DNA of 64,000 nucleotides from Dendronephthya gigantea (Eukaryota): NCBI RefSeq assembly GCF_004324835.1, contig NW_021163311.1, positions 10,208 to 74,207 of the forward strand, read 5' to 3'. Shown piece by piece: positions 50,816 to 62,220 of this stretch (position 1 is its first letter; each line of letters starts with the position of its first letter). The notes under the pieces were generated by a model. It saw only the letters and a program-made list of their open reading frames with translations, ran no database searches and was not told where the DNA came from. The position numbers and the translations under genes were made by a program.

Positions 50816-51199
50816 ATGAAGAAATCATCTTTCCTAGCACTTGGATTGACTATCCTGGTGGTCCTTTGCTGTGCCACCGAGGTAACCTGTTTCATAGGCA
50901 AAATTTTCAAGGAAATAGACAGAGCTCTTTGCAGATTCGATCGCCATGTTACTCGACCTTTTATCAAAGCCATCGGTCTTGTGAGGGTGAAGAAAACGTA
51001 CAGACAGTTCAAAGTAGAAGTTAAACACAGCAGAGTTATTTTCTCCCTAAATTCATATCGTGTGGAGAAAATAAAACCGTGCGCTCATGGACATCACGAC
51101 ATCGTTCAGGACAAGCGAGCGATTGAGATACAATTTCAAGATCAAGCCGTTACATTTCGTCACAAATACTGCAGAAAATGCGGACAGAATTTCTTCTAG
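50816..51199 (+). CDS. Cassette gene A, copy 3 (127 aa, short form)
   Basis: Intact. Identical to copy 1 apart from a few substitutions. The upstream ATG at 50780 lies in the putative 5' UTR intron. Confidence 0.7.
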   Translation: MKKSSFLALGLTILVVLCCATEVTCFIGKIFKEIDRALCRFDRHVTRPFIKAIGLVRVKKTYRQFKVEVKHSRVIFSLNSYRVEKIKPCAHGHHDIVQDKRAIEIQFQDQAVTFRHKYCRKCGQNFF

Positions 51200-51545
51200 A
51201 CTCCAATAAAACCTTGCGTTATGCAGACAAATAGTTTTTCACGGACAATGCAAAGAACACATGTGATGTGAATGGCTTTAATTGAGCTTATTTTATTTTT
51301 AATAGACTATTATGTACTCTGCTTTTTAAAATTTAATCATGATATTTGACTATATTATATATGATTGACTATAACTTGATAATAGCATTATAAAACGATG
51401 ATTGAGTTAAATACTAAACTGATTTAGTGTGTTCATGAAGATTCGTCATGTGCGAGATATATATGTTATATAAACATACACAATCTTTCTAAATATATAA
51501 CGTTTGTTGTCAATTGAAATACAATCTATGATGACAGTTTTAAAA

Positions 51546-51916
51546 TCAGTGCAAAAGTGCGTTCGCTTGATTTACCAGCGGTTTTAATACTGGATAAAGT
51601 GCTGTGATCTTCTTCAGTTGATCTAATGTCATAAATATCATACCAGATGCTGCACCACATTTTGAACAGATAAGAACAGGGCTCTTGATGTACAAATTGT
51701 TCGTTTCAGTCCTGGAACCACGGTCCGATTTCGAGGAAAGTGTGATTCCGAGAAGGCTTGATTTCCCTTGTTTTCCCAAGTCACAGTGCTCCGAACGGAA
51801 ATCGTCAGCCATCCAACGCCTCTTGGCTCGAAATTATGCGGTGGGCAGCTTGAAGCGGCTGTGATCACAATCAGAACTGCTGAAAACAGTATCTTAAAGT
51901 TCATTCTGTGAGTCAT
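51546..51916 (-). pseudogene. Cassette gene B, copy 3, frameshifted
   Basis: cttgatttcccttgttttcc is one T or C short relative to copies 2 and 4. The ORF splits into 51546-51812 and 51638-51916. Confidence 0.5.
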
Positions 51917-52187
51917 TGCTTATGTTCACCGCTAGCTGTGGTTCACTGAGGTGTTTGCGTCAGAAACAGCGCGATCGTCAGCTATAGAATGGTCGTTGAA
52001 CTCTTTGAATTTATCTCGTTAATAACTCCGTATCTAAACAACAATCTCAACTTAACTTAAAGCTGTAGAGCCCCTGTCAATGCATCAATGCATCAATGCG
52101 TCAGTCAGTGCCCCTGCAGCCCCTCACGTGAATGTCAGAATACCCATTTGACAATTTTCCGAGTATTGACATTCCTTGGAGTTAATT

Positions 52188-52496
52188 ATGGCTGTTGTTG
52201 GGCGAAAGTGTTGCCTGAAATTAATAATTTTACTGTTAATTCTTAAGGTTACGGTATCGTCGGTCGAAAAATTGCCAATAGTGTACGACACCGAAAGTGG
52301 AAAATACTACGCAATAAGAAATCCCCCGATGTGTGATGAATATCCGATTGAATACGATCCCAAGACAAATACGTTTACGAATAATCCAAAGTACACTGGC
52401 GGTTGCGAGGAATTCAAGATAACGGTTTCGCAAGATTATGAAGGCTTCCAAATCGAGAGCTTCGAAGAGACCACAACCACTAAAATAGGGATCTAA
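52188..52496 (+). CDS. Cassette gene C, copy 3 (102 aa)
   Basis: Intact. Confidence 0.7.
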   Translation: MAVVGRKCCLKLIILLLILKVTVSSVEKLPIVYDTESGKYYAIRNPPMCDEYPIEYDPKTNTFTNNPKYTGGCEEFKITVSQDYEGFQIESFEETTTTKIGI

Positions 52497-53586
52497 CACT
52501 AAAGGACACAAGATAATTCATGGCAAGAATTCGTTGAGAAGAGATCGTGGTTGCATGACGAACATGCAGAAGTGTTTTCACACTATGTGGCATAAAAACT
52601 ATGTAATTGTCTGGAATGGTACCGGTCTAGTCTAGAAATGTCTAGAATCGACAAGCGAATAATTCGGAATAACCTATAGCATGTAAACGTAAATTTGTAT
52701 GATATATTTACAACAATGTTTATATAATAAATGGATTTAAAGGAAAGACCCGACAAGTTTAGACTGTATTCCCTGTAAAGTAGTAGAGCGATGTGACCAG
52801 TTGAAGGTCTTTAGACATTACTGGCTTTAAGGCCAGTGTTAAGGGAAGGTTTGTTGTGTTTAATTAGTGTTTCTGTTTCCTTTTAATCCATACACGTGTG
52901 TTGTAAAGTATTGTATTTCATTCTGTTTGAGGATGGCTTTGAAAGATTGAAATAAAGTCGAAAATTTACAGCTTTAACCTGTGTCTTGCTTGATTGAAAC
53001 ATAGATTCTCAAGATGTCTATATAGTCTTTTTTTACTTTATCAGACTATTTAAAAGTTAAAAGCAGTATTTTTATTGGCAGAATAGTGGGTAATATTGGC
53101 CGATTTTCTCGCTCATTAGAAATTTAGAATTCAAAACGAAGTCCGTTCACATTTTTTACAGCATTTGAAACGTCAATCGTAAAATTTGGTCTTCATCTGC
53201 ATGTTTCATCAGTTTGTCGCTTTGGCCCCTAACGCATTTAATGCAAATTTATACCGACAAAAAAAACGCTGAGTCATGTATTCACTTATTAGATATAATC
53301 CCATATGAAATATAATGAAACTATAAAAAATATGAATGCAATTGCCATGTAGTCATATAGATATAATTCACAGTATAGAAAACGATATAACGATCATTTC
53401 CACACATTTATTATCAACTAATTAACTGATAAAACAAACTGATATACTAGAATAACTAGATACCACGTGATTGTTACTGTATGGAGTGACATATAAAGAG
53501 TTTGACAGAAAGTGGCAATTTCTTTTTGCCTACAGAATAATGTGCTTCGAATAGAGTATAGCAAAAAAATCCCTAAATTTATTCGT

Positions 53587-54006
53587 TCAATTGCCGCTGA
53601 TTAACTGCTTGACAGGTTTGTATCCAATCCCATTTTCTAGAACATTAGTAGCAGCGCCGAGGATATCTCGTCTGCATTCTTTGTCCATTAAGCAGTCGGC
53701 AGTCATTGGAAATTCTACGGTTCCACCGTCTTTCCGAAAAGTTTTCATCAATACACGACGTTTCTTGTGCGATATAGTCACTGCTAGACCATCGTTTGAG
53801 AATTTTGGCGTCACACTGACCTCACTGTTTTTCTCGTCTACTTCTTTGGCCGTAAGTGTACCATCTTTCAACGTCAAGATCTGGACTTCTTGCGACGTTG
53901 ATTTAGCAACTAAACGACCATTCGAAGGGTCAATACCAACTGGCAACAGTTCACCGTAACAGCAGACGGTCCAAAGAAAAACTAGGCTGAGTTTTAATAC
54001 AAACAT
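53587..54006 (-). CDS. Cassette gene D, copy 3 (139 aa)
   Basis: Intact. Confidence 0.7.
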   Translation of the reverse strand: MFVLKLSLVFLWTVCCYGELLPVGIDPSNGRLVAKSTSQEVQILTLKDGTLTAKEVDEKNSEVSVTPKFSNDGLAVTISHKKRRVLMKTFRKDGGTVEFPMTADCLMDKECRRDILGAATNVLENGIGYKPVKQLISGN

Positions 54007-54973
54007 GTTCAGTAACGAAGCCAGCAACAATTGGCGCCAATGTGTCGACTGTCGATTCTGCTGAGGTGGTTGCTAGTTAAACGTTAAGAACACGTGATAG
54101 TTCTTAATTTATGCGCATGCTTATCACGTGTTTCCGCTGAACTATAAACCGTAAACACAATATAGGTCGGCACTCTACCTTGCATGGGAATTGTTTATTT
54201 CGTATAATAGCGAATGAAATACTTATTTCTCTAATAAATTCACTGTTATATAGCATTATCACGTTTCTTAATCTTCAGTCTCACAGCGATAACACGCAGT
54301 ATACCCCCGTTCACACTACACTCGATCTATTAGCACGGCAAACATCGATAACCGTGCCTGGTAGCCTGAACACTAATAAAATTGGGTTTAGCCGTGCCAA
54401 TAAATTGAGTGTAGTGTAAACGGGGCTTTTAACATACCGAATATGAAAATCATTGCAAGATTATGGAACGGATTACGTTAGCCTTTGTGTATTGAACCTC
54501 ATTAATACGGTAACAGTACCAATTTCATCTGTGCTAGTCGCTAAGCCTTTGAATTGGTAGTCTAAGAACGGATAAAATTCGTTACGTGTAACAATTTTAG
54601 CTGTATTGTGTCAATAATTTAAGTGTAATCTAAACCGACATTGCTTGCCGAATATTAATAGATTTCGGCGAATGCGGAAATATTCTTATTTCCTGAGATT
54701 TAACGTCTGAGGTTTCGGAATGTGCTTACTAGTTCATTTTCAAAGATGCGGCAGTTGCTTCTGGTCTTTAGGGCTTATGTCATTTTTATCTTTATAAATA
54801 TTAAACGCTCGTCTGATCTGCAAAAAAATTCAGTTGGGCCAATCATAATGCTTGTCTGACATGGAATGTATTGCATCATCTGAAAAGGTAAGGGCGGCCC
54901 CCGTGCATCTCAGTAAGCATTGCGCCGTTTCAATGTAGCTGAATACATCCTATTTTAGTCATTCTGTTGAAAT

Positions 54974-55384
54974 ATGAAGAAATCATCTTTCCTAGCACAT
55001 GGATTGACTATCCTGGTGGTCCTTTGCTGTGCCACCGAGGTAACCTGTTTCATAGACAAAATTTTTGATGCAATAGTGGATGATATTCTTCCTGATTTCG
55101 AACGCCATGTGATTCGACCTCTCATCGCTAAACCTCTGAAGGAAGTCGCCAAAGCCATCGGTCTTGTGAGGGTAAAGAAAACGTACAGACAATTCAAAGA
55201 AGAAGTTAAACACAGCAGAGTTGTTTTCTCCCCAAATTCATATCGCGTGGAGAAAATAAAACCGTGCGCTCATGGACATCACGACATCGTTGAGGACAAG
55301 CGAGCGATTGAGATACAATTTCAAGATCAAGCCGTTTCATTTCGTCACAAATACTGCAAAAAATGCGGACAGATTTTCTTCTAG
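54974..55384 (+). CDS. Cassette gene A, copy 4 (136 aa, long form)
   Basis: The block FIDKIFDAIVDDILPDFERHVIRPLIAKPLKEVAKAIGLVRVKK replaces FIGKIFKEIDRALCRFDRHVTRPFIKAIGLVRVKK. That is a 9-aa insertion and the loss of one Cys. Confidence 0.7.
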   Translation: MKKSSFLAHGLTILVVLCCATEVTCFIDKIFDAIVDDILPDFERHVIRPLIAKPLKEVAKAIGLVRVKKTYRQFKEEVKHSRVVFSPNSYRVEKIKPCAHGHHDIVEDKRAIEIQFQDQAVSFRHKYCKKCGQIFF

Positions 55385-55638
55385 ACTCCAATAAAACCTT
55401 GCGTTATGCAGACGAATAGTTTTTCACGGACAATGCAAAGAACACATGTGATGTGAATGGCTTTAATTGAGCTTATTTTATTTTTAATGGACTATTATGT
55501 ACTCTGCTTTTTAAAATTCAATCATGATATATGACTATATTATATATGACTGACTATAACTTGATAATAGCATTATAAAACGATGATTGAGTTACTAAAC
55601 TGATTTAGTGTGTTCACGAAGATTCATCATGTACGATT

Positions 55639-55643
<5 letters not shown>

Positions 55644-55726
<83 letters not shown>
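55644..55726. repeat. (AT)~41 microsatellite, present only in cassette unit 4
   Basis: Perfect AT dinucleotide run. Confidence 0.95.
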
Positions 55727-55732
<6 letters not shown>

Positions 55733-55816
55733 TGTTATATAAAAATACACAATCTTTCCAAATATATAACGTTTGTTGTCAACCCATGATGATAACCCAT
55801 GATGATAGTTTTAAAA

Positions 55817-56188
55817 TCAGTGCAAAAGTGCGTTCGCTTGATTTACCAGCGGTTTTAATACTGGATAAAGTGCTGTGATCTTCTTCAGTTGATCTAATGT
55901 CATAAATATCATACCAGATGCTGCACCACATTTTGAACAGATAAGAACAGGGCTCTTGATGTACAAATTGTTCGTTTCAGTCCTGGAACCACGGTCCGAT
56001 TTCGAGGAAAGTGTGATTCCGAGAAGGCTTGATTTCCCCTTGTTTTCCCAAGTCACAGTGCTCCGAACGGAAATCGTCAGCCATCCAACGCCTCTTGGCT
56101 CGAAATTATGCGGTGGGCAGCTTGAAGCGGCTGTGATCACAATCAGAACTGCTGAAAACAGTATCTTAAAGTTCATTCTGTGAGTCAT
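55817..56188 (-). CDS. Cassette gene B, copy 4 (123 aa)
   Basis: Intact. Confidence 0.7.
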   Translation of the reverse strand: MTHRMNFKILFSAVLIVITAASSCPPHNFEPRGVGWLTISVRSTVTWENKGKSSLLGITLSSKSDRGSRTETNNLYIKSPVLICSKCGAASGMIFMTLDQLKKITALYPVLKPLVNQANALLH

Positions 56189-56459
56189 TGCTTATGTTCA
56201 CCGCTAGCTGTGGTTCACTGAGGTGTTTGCGTCAGAAACAGCGCGATCGTCAGCTATAGAATGGTCGTTGAACTCTTTGAATTTATCTCGTTAATAACTC
56301 CGTATCTAAACAACAATCTCAACTTAACTTAAAGCTGTAGAGCCCCTGTCAATGCATCAATGCATCAATGCGTCAGTCAGTGCCCCTGCAGCCCCTCACG
56401 TGAATGTCAGAATACCCATTTGACAATTTTCCGAGTATTGACATTCCTTGGAGTTAATT

Positions 56460-56768
56460 ATGGCTGTTGTTGGGCGAAAGTGTTGCCTGAAATTAATAAT
56501 TTTACTGTCAATTCTTAAGATTACGGTATCGTCGGTCGAAAAATTGCCAATAGTGTACGACACCGAAAGTGGAAAATACTACGCAATAAGAAATCACCCG
56601 ACGTGTGACGAATATCCTATTGAATACGATCCCAAGACAAATACGTTTACGAATAATCCAAAATACACTGGCGGTTGCGAGAGATTCAAGATAAAGGTTT
56701 CACAAGATTATGAAGGCTTCCAAATCGAGAGCTTCGAAGAGACCATAACCACTAAAATAGGGATCTAA
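56460..56768 (+). CDS. Cassette gene C, copy 4 (102 aa)
   Basis: Intact. Confidence 0.7.
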   Translation: MAVVGRKCCLKLIILLSILKITVSSVEKLPIVYDTESGKYYAIRNHPTCDEYPIEYDPKTNTFTNNPKYTGGCERFKIKVSQDYEGFQIESFEETITTKIGI

Positions 56769-57846
56769 CACTAAAGGACACGAGATAATTCATGGCAAGA
56801 ATTCGTTGAAAAGAGATCGTGGTTGACGAACATGCAGAAGTGTTTTCACACTATGTGGCATAAAAACTATGTAATTGTCTGGAATGGTCTAGTCTAGAAA
56901 TGTCTAGAATCGACAAGCGAATAAGTCGGAATAACCTATAGCATGTAAACGTATATTTGTATGATATATTTACAACAATGTTTATATAATAAATGGATTT
57001 AAAGGAAAGACCCGACAAGTTTAGACTGTATTCCCTGTAAAGTAGTAGAGCGATGTAACCAGTTGAAGGTCTTTAGACTTTACTGGCTTTAAGGCCAGTG
57101 TTAAGGGAAGGTTTGTTGTGTTTAATTAGTGTTTCTGTTTCCTTTCAATACATACATGTGTGTTGTAAAGTATTGTATTTCATTCTGTTTGAGGATGGCT
57201 TTGAAAGATTGAAATAAAGTCGAAAATTTACAGCTTTAACCTGTGTCTTGCTTGATTGAAACATAGATTCTCAAGATGTCTATATAGTCTTTTTTTACTT
57301 TATCAGACTATTTAAAAGTTAAAAGCAGTATCTTAATTGGCAGAATAGTGGGTAGTAGTGGCGATATTCTCGCTCATTAGAAATTTAGAATTCAAAACGA
57401 AGTCCGTTCACATTTTTTACAGCATTCGAAACGTCAATCGTAAAATTAGGTCTTCATCTGCATGTTTTATCAGTTTGTCGCTTTGGCCCCTAACGCATTT
57501 AATGCAATTTTTATACCGACAAAAAAACGCTGAGTCATGTATTCACTTATTAGATATAATCCCATATGAAATATAATGAAACTATAAAAAAATATGAATG
57601 CAATTGCCATGTAGTCATATAGATATAATTCACAGTATAGAAAACGATATAACGATCATTTCCACACATTTACTATCAATTAACTAATTAACTGATAAAC
57701 AATTGATATACTAGAATAACTAGATACACGTGATTGTACTGTATGGAGTGACATATAAAGAGTTTGACAGAAAGTGGCAATTTCTTGTTGCCTACAGAAT
57801 AATGTGCTTCGAATAGAGTATAGCAAAAAAATCCAAATTTATTCGT

Positions 57847-58266
57847 TCAATTGCCGCTGATTAACTGCTTGACAGGTTTGTATCCAATCCCATTTTCTAG
57901 AACATTAGTAACAGCGCCGAGGATATCTCGTCTGCATTCTTTGTCCATTAAGCAGTCGGCATTCATTGGAAATTCTACGGTTCCACCGTCTTTCCGAAAA
58001 GTTTTCATCAATACACGACGCCTCTTGTGCGATATAGTCACTGCTAGACCATCGTTTGAGAAATTTGGCGTCACACTGACCTCACTGTTTTTCTCGTCTA
58101 CTTCTTTGGCCGTAAGTGTACCATCTTTCAACGTCAAGAACTGGACTTCTTGCGACGTTGATTCAGCAACTAAACGACCATTCGAAGGGTCAATACCAAC
58201 TGGCAACAGTTCACCGTAACAGCAGACGGTCCAAAGAAAAACTAGGCTGAGCTTTAATACCAACAT
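57847..58266 (-). CDS. Cassette gene D, copy 4 (139 aa)
   Basis: Intact. Confidence 0.7.
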   Translation of the reverse strand: MLVLKLSLVFLWTVCCYGELLPVGIDPSNGRLVAESTSQEVQFLTLKDGTLTAKEVDEKNSEVSVTPNFSNDGLAVTISHKRRRVLMKTFRKDGGTVEFPMNADCLMDKECRRDILGAVTNVLENGIGYKPVKQLISGN

Positions 58267-59235
58267 GTTCAGTAACGAAGCCAGCAACAATTGGCGCCAA
58301 TGTGTCGACTGTCGATTCTGCTGAGGTGGTTGCTAGTTAAACGTTAAGAACACGTGATAGTTCTTAATTTATGCGCATGCTTATCACGTGTTTCCGCTGA
58401 GCTATAAACCGTAAACACAATATAGGTCGGCACTCTACCTTGCATGGGAATTGTTTATTTCGTATATATACCGAATGAAATACGTATTTCTCCAATAAAT
58501 TCACTGTTATATAGCATTCAATCATGTTTCTCAACCCTCAGTCTCACAGCGATAACACGCAGTATACCCCCGTTCACACTACACTCGATCTATTAGCACG
58601 GCAAAAATCGATAACCGTGCCTGGTAGCCTGAACACTAATAAAATTGGGTTTAGCCGTGCCAATAAATTGAGTGTAGTGTAAACGGGGCTTTTAACATAC
58701 CGAATATGAAAATCATTGCAAGATTATGGAACGGATTACGTTAGCCTTTGTGTATTGAACCTGATTAATACGGTATCAGTACCAATTTCATCTGTGCTAG
58801 TCGCTAAGCCTTTGAATTGGTAGTCTAAGAACGGATAAATTTTGTCACGGGTAACAATTTTAGCTGTATTGTATCAATAATTTAAGTGTAATCTAAACCG
58901 ACATTGCTTGCCGAATATTAATAGATTTCGGCGAATGCGGAAATATTCTTATTTTCTGAGATTTAACGTCTGAGTTTCGGAATGTGCTTACTAGTTCATT
59001 TTCAAAGATGCGGCAGTTGCTTCTGGTCTTTAGGGCTTATGTCATTTTTATCTTTATAAATATTAAACGCTTGCCTGATCTGCAAAAAAATTCAGTTGGG
59101 CCAATCATAATGCTTGTCTGACAAGGAATGTATTGCATCATCTGAAAAGGTAAGGGCGGCCCCTGCGCATCTCAGTAAGCATTGCGCCGTTTCAATGTAG
59201 CTGAATACATCCTATTTTAGTCATTCTGTTGAAAT

Positions 59236-59646
59236 ATGAAGAAATCATCTTTCCTAGCACATGGATTGACTATCCTGGTGGTCCTTTGCTGTGCCACCGA
59301 GGTAACCTGTTTCATAGACAAAATTTTTGATGCAATAGTGGATGATATTCTTCCTGATTTCGAACGCCATGTGATTCGACCTCTCATCGCTAAACCTCTG
59401 AAGGAAGTCGCCAAAGCCATCGGTCTTGTGAGGGTAAAGAAAACGTACAGACAGTTCAAAGAAGAAGTTAAACACAGCAGAGTTGTTTTCTCGCCAAATT
59501 CATATCGCGTGGAGAAAATAAAACCGTGCGCTCATGGACATCACGACATCGTTGAGGACAAGCGAGCGATTGAGATACAATTTCAAGATCAAGCCGTTTC
59601 ATTTAGTCACAAATACTGCGAAAAATGCGGACAGATTTTCTTCTAA
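59236..59646 (+). CDS. Cassette gene A, copy 5 (136 aa, long form)
   Basis: Intact. Confidence 0.7.
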   Translation: MKKSSFLAHGLTILVVLCCATEVTCFIDKIFDAIVDDILPDFERHVIRPLIAKPLKEVAKAIGLVRVKKTYRQFKEEVKHSRVVFSPNSYRVEKIKPCAHGHHDIVEDKRAIEIQFQDQAVSFSHKYCEKCGQIFF

Positions 59647-59991
59647 ACTACCATAGAACCTTGCGTTATGCAGACAAATAGTTTTTCACACATGAAAGAA
59701 CACATGCGATGTGCATGGCTTTAATTGAGCTTATTTTATTTTTAATAGACTATTATGTACTCTGCTTTTTAAAATTTAATCATGATATTTGACTATATTA
59801 TATATGATTGACTATAACTTGATAATAGCATTATAAGACGATGATTGAGTTAAATACTAAACTGATTTAGTGTGTTCATGAAGATTCGTCATGCATGTAC
59901 GAGATATATATGTTATATAAACATACACAATCTTTTCAAATATATAACGTTTCTCGTCGATTGAAAGACAACCATGATGATAGTTTTAAAA

Positions 59992-60372
59992 TCAGTGCAA
60001 AAGTGCGTTCGCTTGATCTAGCAGCGGTTTTAATACTGGATGAAGTGCTGTGATCTTCTTCAGTTGATCTAATGTCATAAATATCATACCAGATGCCGCA
60101 CCACATTTTGAACAGATAAGAACAGAGCTCTTGATGTACAAATCGTTCGTTATAGTCCTGGAACCACGATCCGATTTCGAGGAAAGTGTGATTCCGAGAA
60201 GGCTTGATTTCCCCTTGTTTTCCCAAGTTACAGTGCTCCGAACGGAAATCGTCAGCCATCCTACGCCTCTTGGCTCGAAATTATGCGGTGGGCAGCTTGA
60301 AGCGGCTGTGATCACAATCACAACTGCTGACAACAATATCTTAAAGTTCAGCGGCGACATTTTGCGAGTCAT
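59992..60372 (-). CDS. Cassette gene B, copy 5 (126 aa, diverged N-terminus)
   Basis: MTRKMSPLNFKILLSAVVIVITAASS.. The unit ends here. No C or D copy follows. Confidence 0.6.
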   Translation of the reverse strand: MTRKMSPLNFKILLSAVVIVITAASSCPPHNFEPRGVGWLTISVRSTVTWENKGKSSLLGITLSSKSDRGSRTITNDLYIKSSVLICSKCGAASGMIFMTLDQLKKITALHPVLKPLLDQANALLH

Positions 60373-61857
60373 TGCGTATCTTCACTGGAGGATAATTCTG
60401 CATGAGAAACAGCGATCGTTAGGCAAAGAATGATCGCTGAAACTCTTTGAATATATCTCTTTAATAACGCGGTACAGACGAATGATTACATACACAAACT
60501 TTATGGCCGTCTACACTGCATTAAGTATGCGTATTTACACGTGACTCATTAGACCATAAAATTTATGGTGCTCTTTAAAACCTGCGCGAGTTTACCTGCA
60601 CTCCCACACATGCATAGAGGGTTATATTTTACAATTTGTGATGGACAATTTCAACATCGCATATTTACTAATAAAAGTTTTCAAACCCAATGCAGGGGAA
60701 CCCGTTTGACTGCAAGCTCAACAAGCGTTGAATATATGACATTTGGGTCCGTTTAATATGTGACATTTGAAATGTCACATGCACTGTTTCCAAGGAATGG
60801 GCGGAGCGTCCATTTCTGCTTTGACATAGTTGCAGTGTTGTTGAAAGAAAGGGCTTTAAAAAACGTGCTTGTGTTAAAAGAAAGCGCTTTCTTTTAACTG
60901 ACTGTAGGATCGCCCTTTTGTATCATCGTATGTCTTTCCACATTTTAAAAAACCGCAAGTGTTTCGAATAAGTTTACATGCAAGATGCAGACCAAACCCG
61001 TGTGAATTTCAAAATTCAAATGTTATATTCTAAACGACCCAACCGATGCGTTGGGAACGCTTGTTATTTTGAAGTCAAACGGAATCCGCTGTATCTGCAA
61101 TCATAGCTAAATAAACCGCAATCATAGCTAACCAACATCATGGGGCACTGTTAACGGCAGCCGAAAGAGCTGTTGAGACCTACTTATTGAATTGTCAATT
61201 GTGTTTTTTGGGGGGCACCCTGTATATATTTGGTATGTATTCAGTTACAGCCAACATTGTCACTGAAACCGATATTCCATTCAAACAAGAATATCTAAAG
61301 AAAAGTATAGCGTGATTTGCATGTAGCTAGATACTTGTAGACAGACAAGAAAACTTGAAACAAAAATCAAACATGGCATCAAAAAGTGAACTGAAAGTCG
61401 TCTAAATAAATGAACTAGCTGGAAAGGCTTATATAATTTAGGAAAGCCCACCAACTCTCGATGTCAGTAAGGAATAGTAAAAATAGACTTAAATAGTCAT
61501 ATTTTAAATTCAAATAGAGTATTTCGTTAAGAATACAGCGATAAAACTATGTTTCCCGTGCTAGGCAGATGTAAATAACGATAAACTTGAATGCAGAGTT
61601 CTTGAAACACTCTAAAATACCAGTAATCTGTCTGTACCGAAATACAACAGAGCGGTTTGACCGTTTTTACCGAATAAAGGAAAGCGCCCTTAGTTAGACA
61701 AGAAGCTGACCTTTTAACAAACAGGTTCAACATTAGGTATTGAGTATCATCTCTCTTGAATGAGTCAACTTGAATATTATGCACTGAATATGTAGTTGTA
61801 AACAGTATCTTTGTATTAAGGTTAAAAACATTTAGTTTGCTTGTTGAATAAAACGAT

Positions 61858-61923
61858 AGACTTGCTTTCTATTTTGAACTTATCCACCGTTTAAGCTAAA
61901 CGGGCTTGATACAACCGGCCCCT
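61858..61923. mobile_element. Solo terminus of the 27682-27915 MITE family
   Basis: ctattttgaacttatccaccgtttaagctaaacgggcttgatacaaccggcccctg matches the right end of the MITE at 27861-27915. Confidence 0.5.
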
Positions 61924-62220
61924 GACCTAAATCATATTTCTATCTTATATAATTCACAATGTGTAAATAATGACGTAATTTGCACACTGAAAATAGCTCA
62001 CATATGCTTGCAATAAAAAATCTTGTCCTGATTAATTAGCAAAAAGCAAAAAACTTATGAGTTATGTAGTTAATAGTCACGTCAGTTATATATGAGATAC
62101 AATTCATACAAAGATAATACAAAACAGTACTGAAAATCAAGGCTTTCAGTCCGACATCAAGGTAAAAATGGTCAGTCATATTGATCGGGTACATAGCCTC
62201 TGATAAAGATGTACAGTACA

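Larger units (their letters stand above)
42100..60400. repeat. Tandem array, period ~4.13-4.26 kb, about 4.4 copies, of a four-gene cassette A(+) B(-) C(+) D(-) encoding small secreted proteins
   Basis: Gene A ATGs fall at 42529, 46659, 50816, 54974 and 59236. Intergenic sequence is near-identical between units. Unit 5 retains only A and B. Confidence 0.9.
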
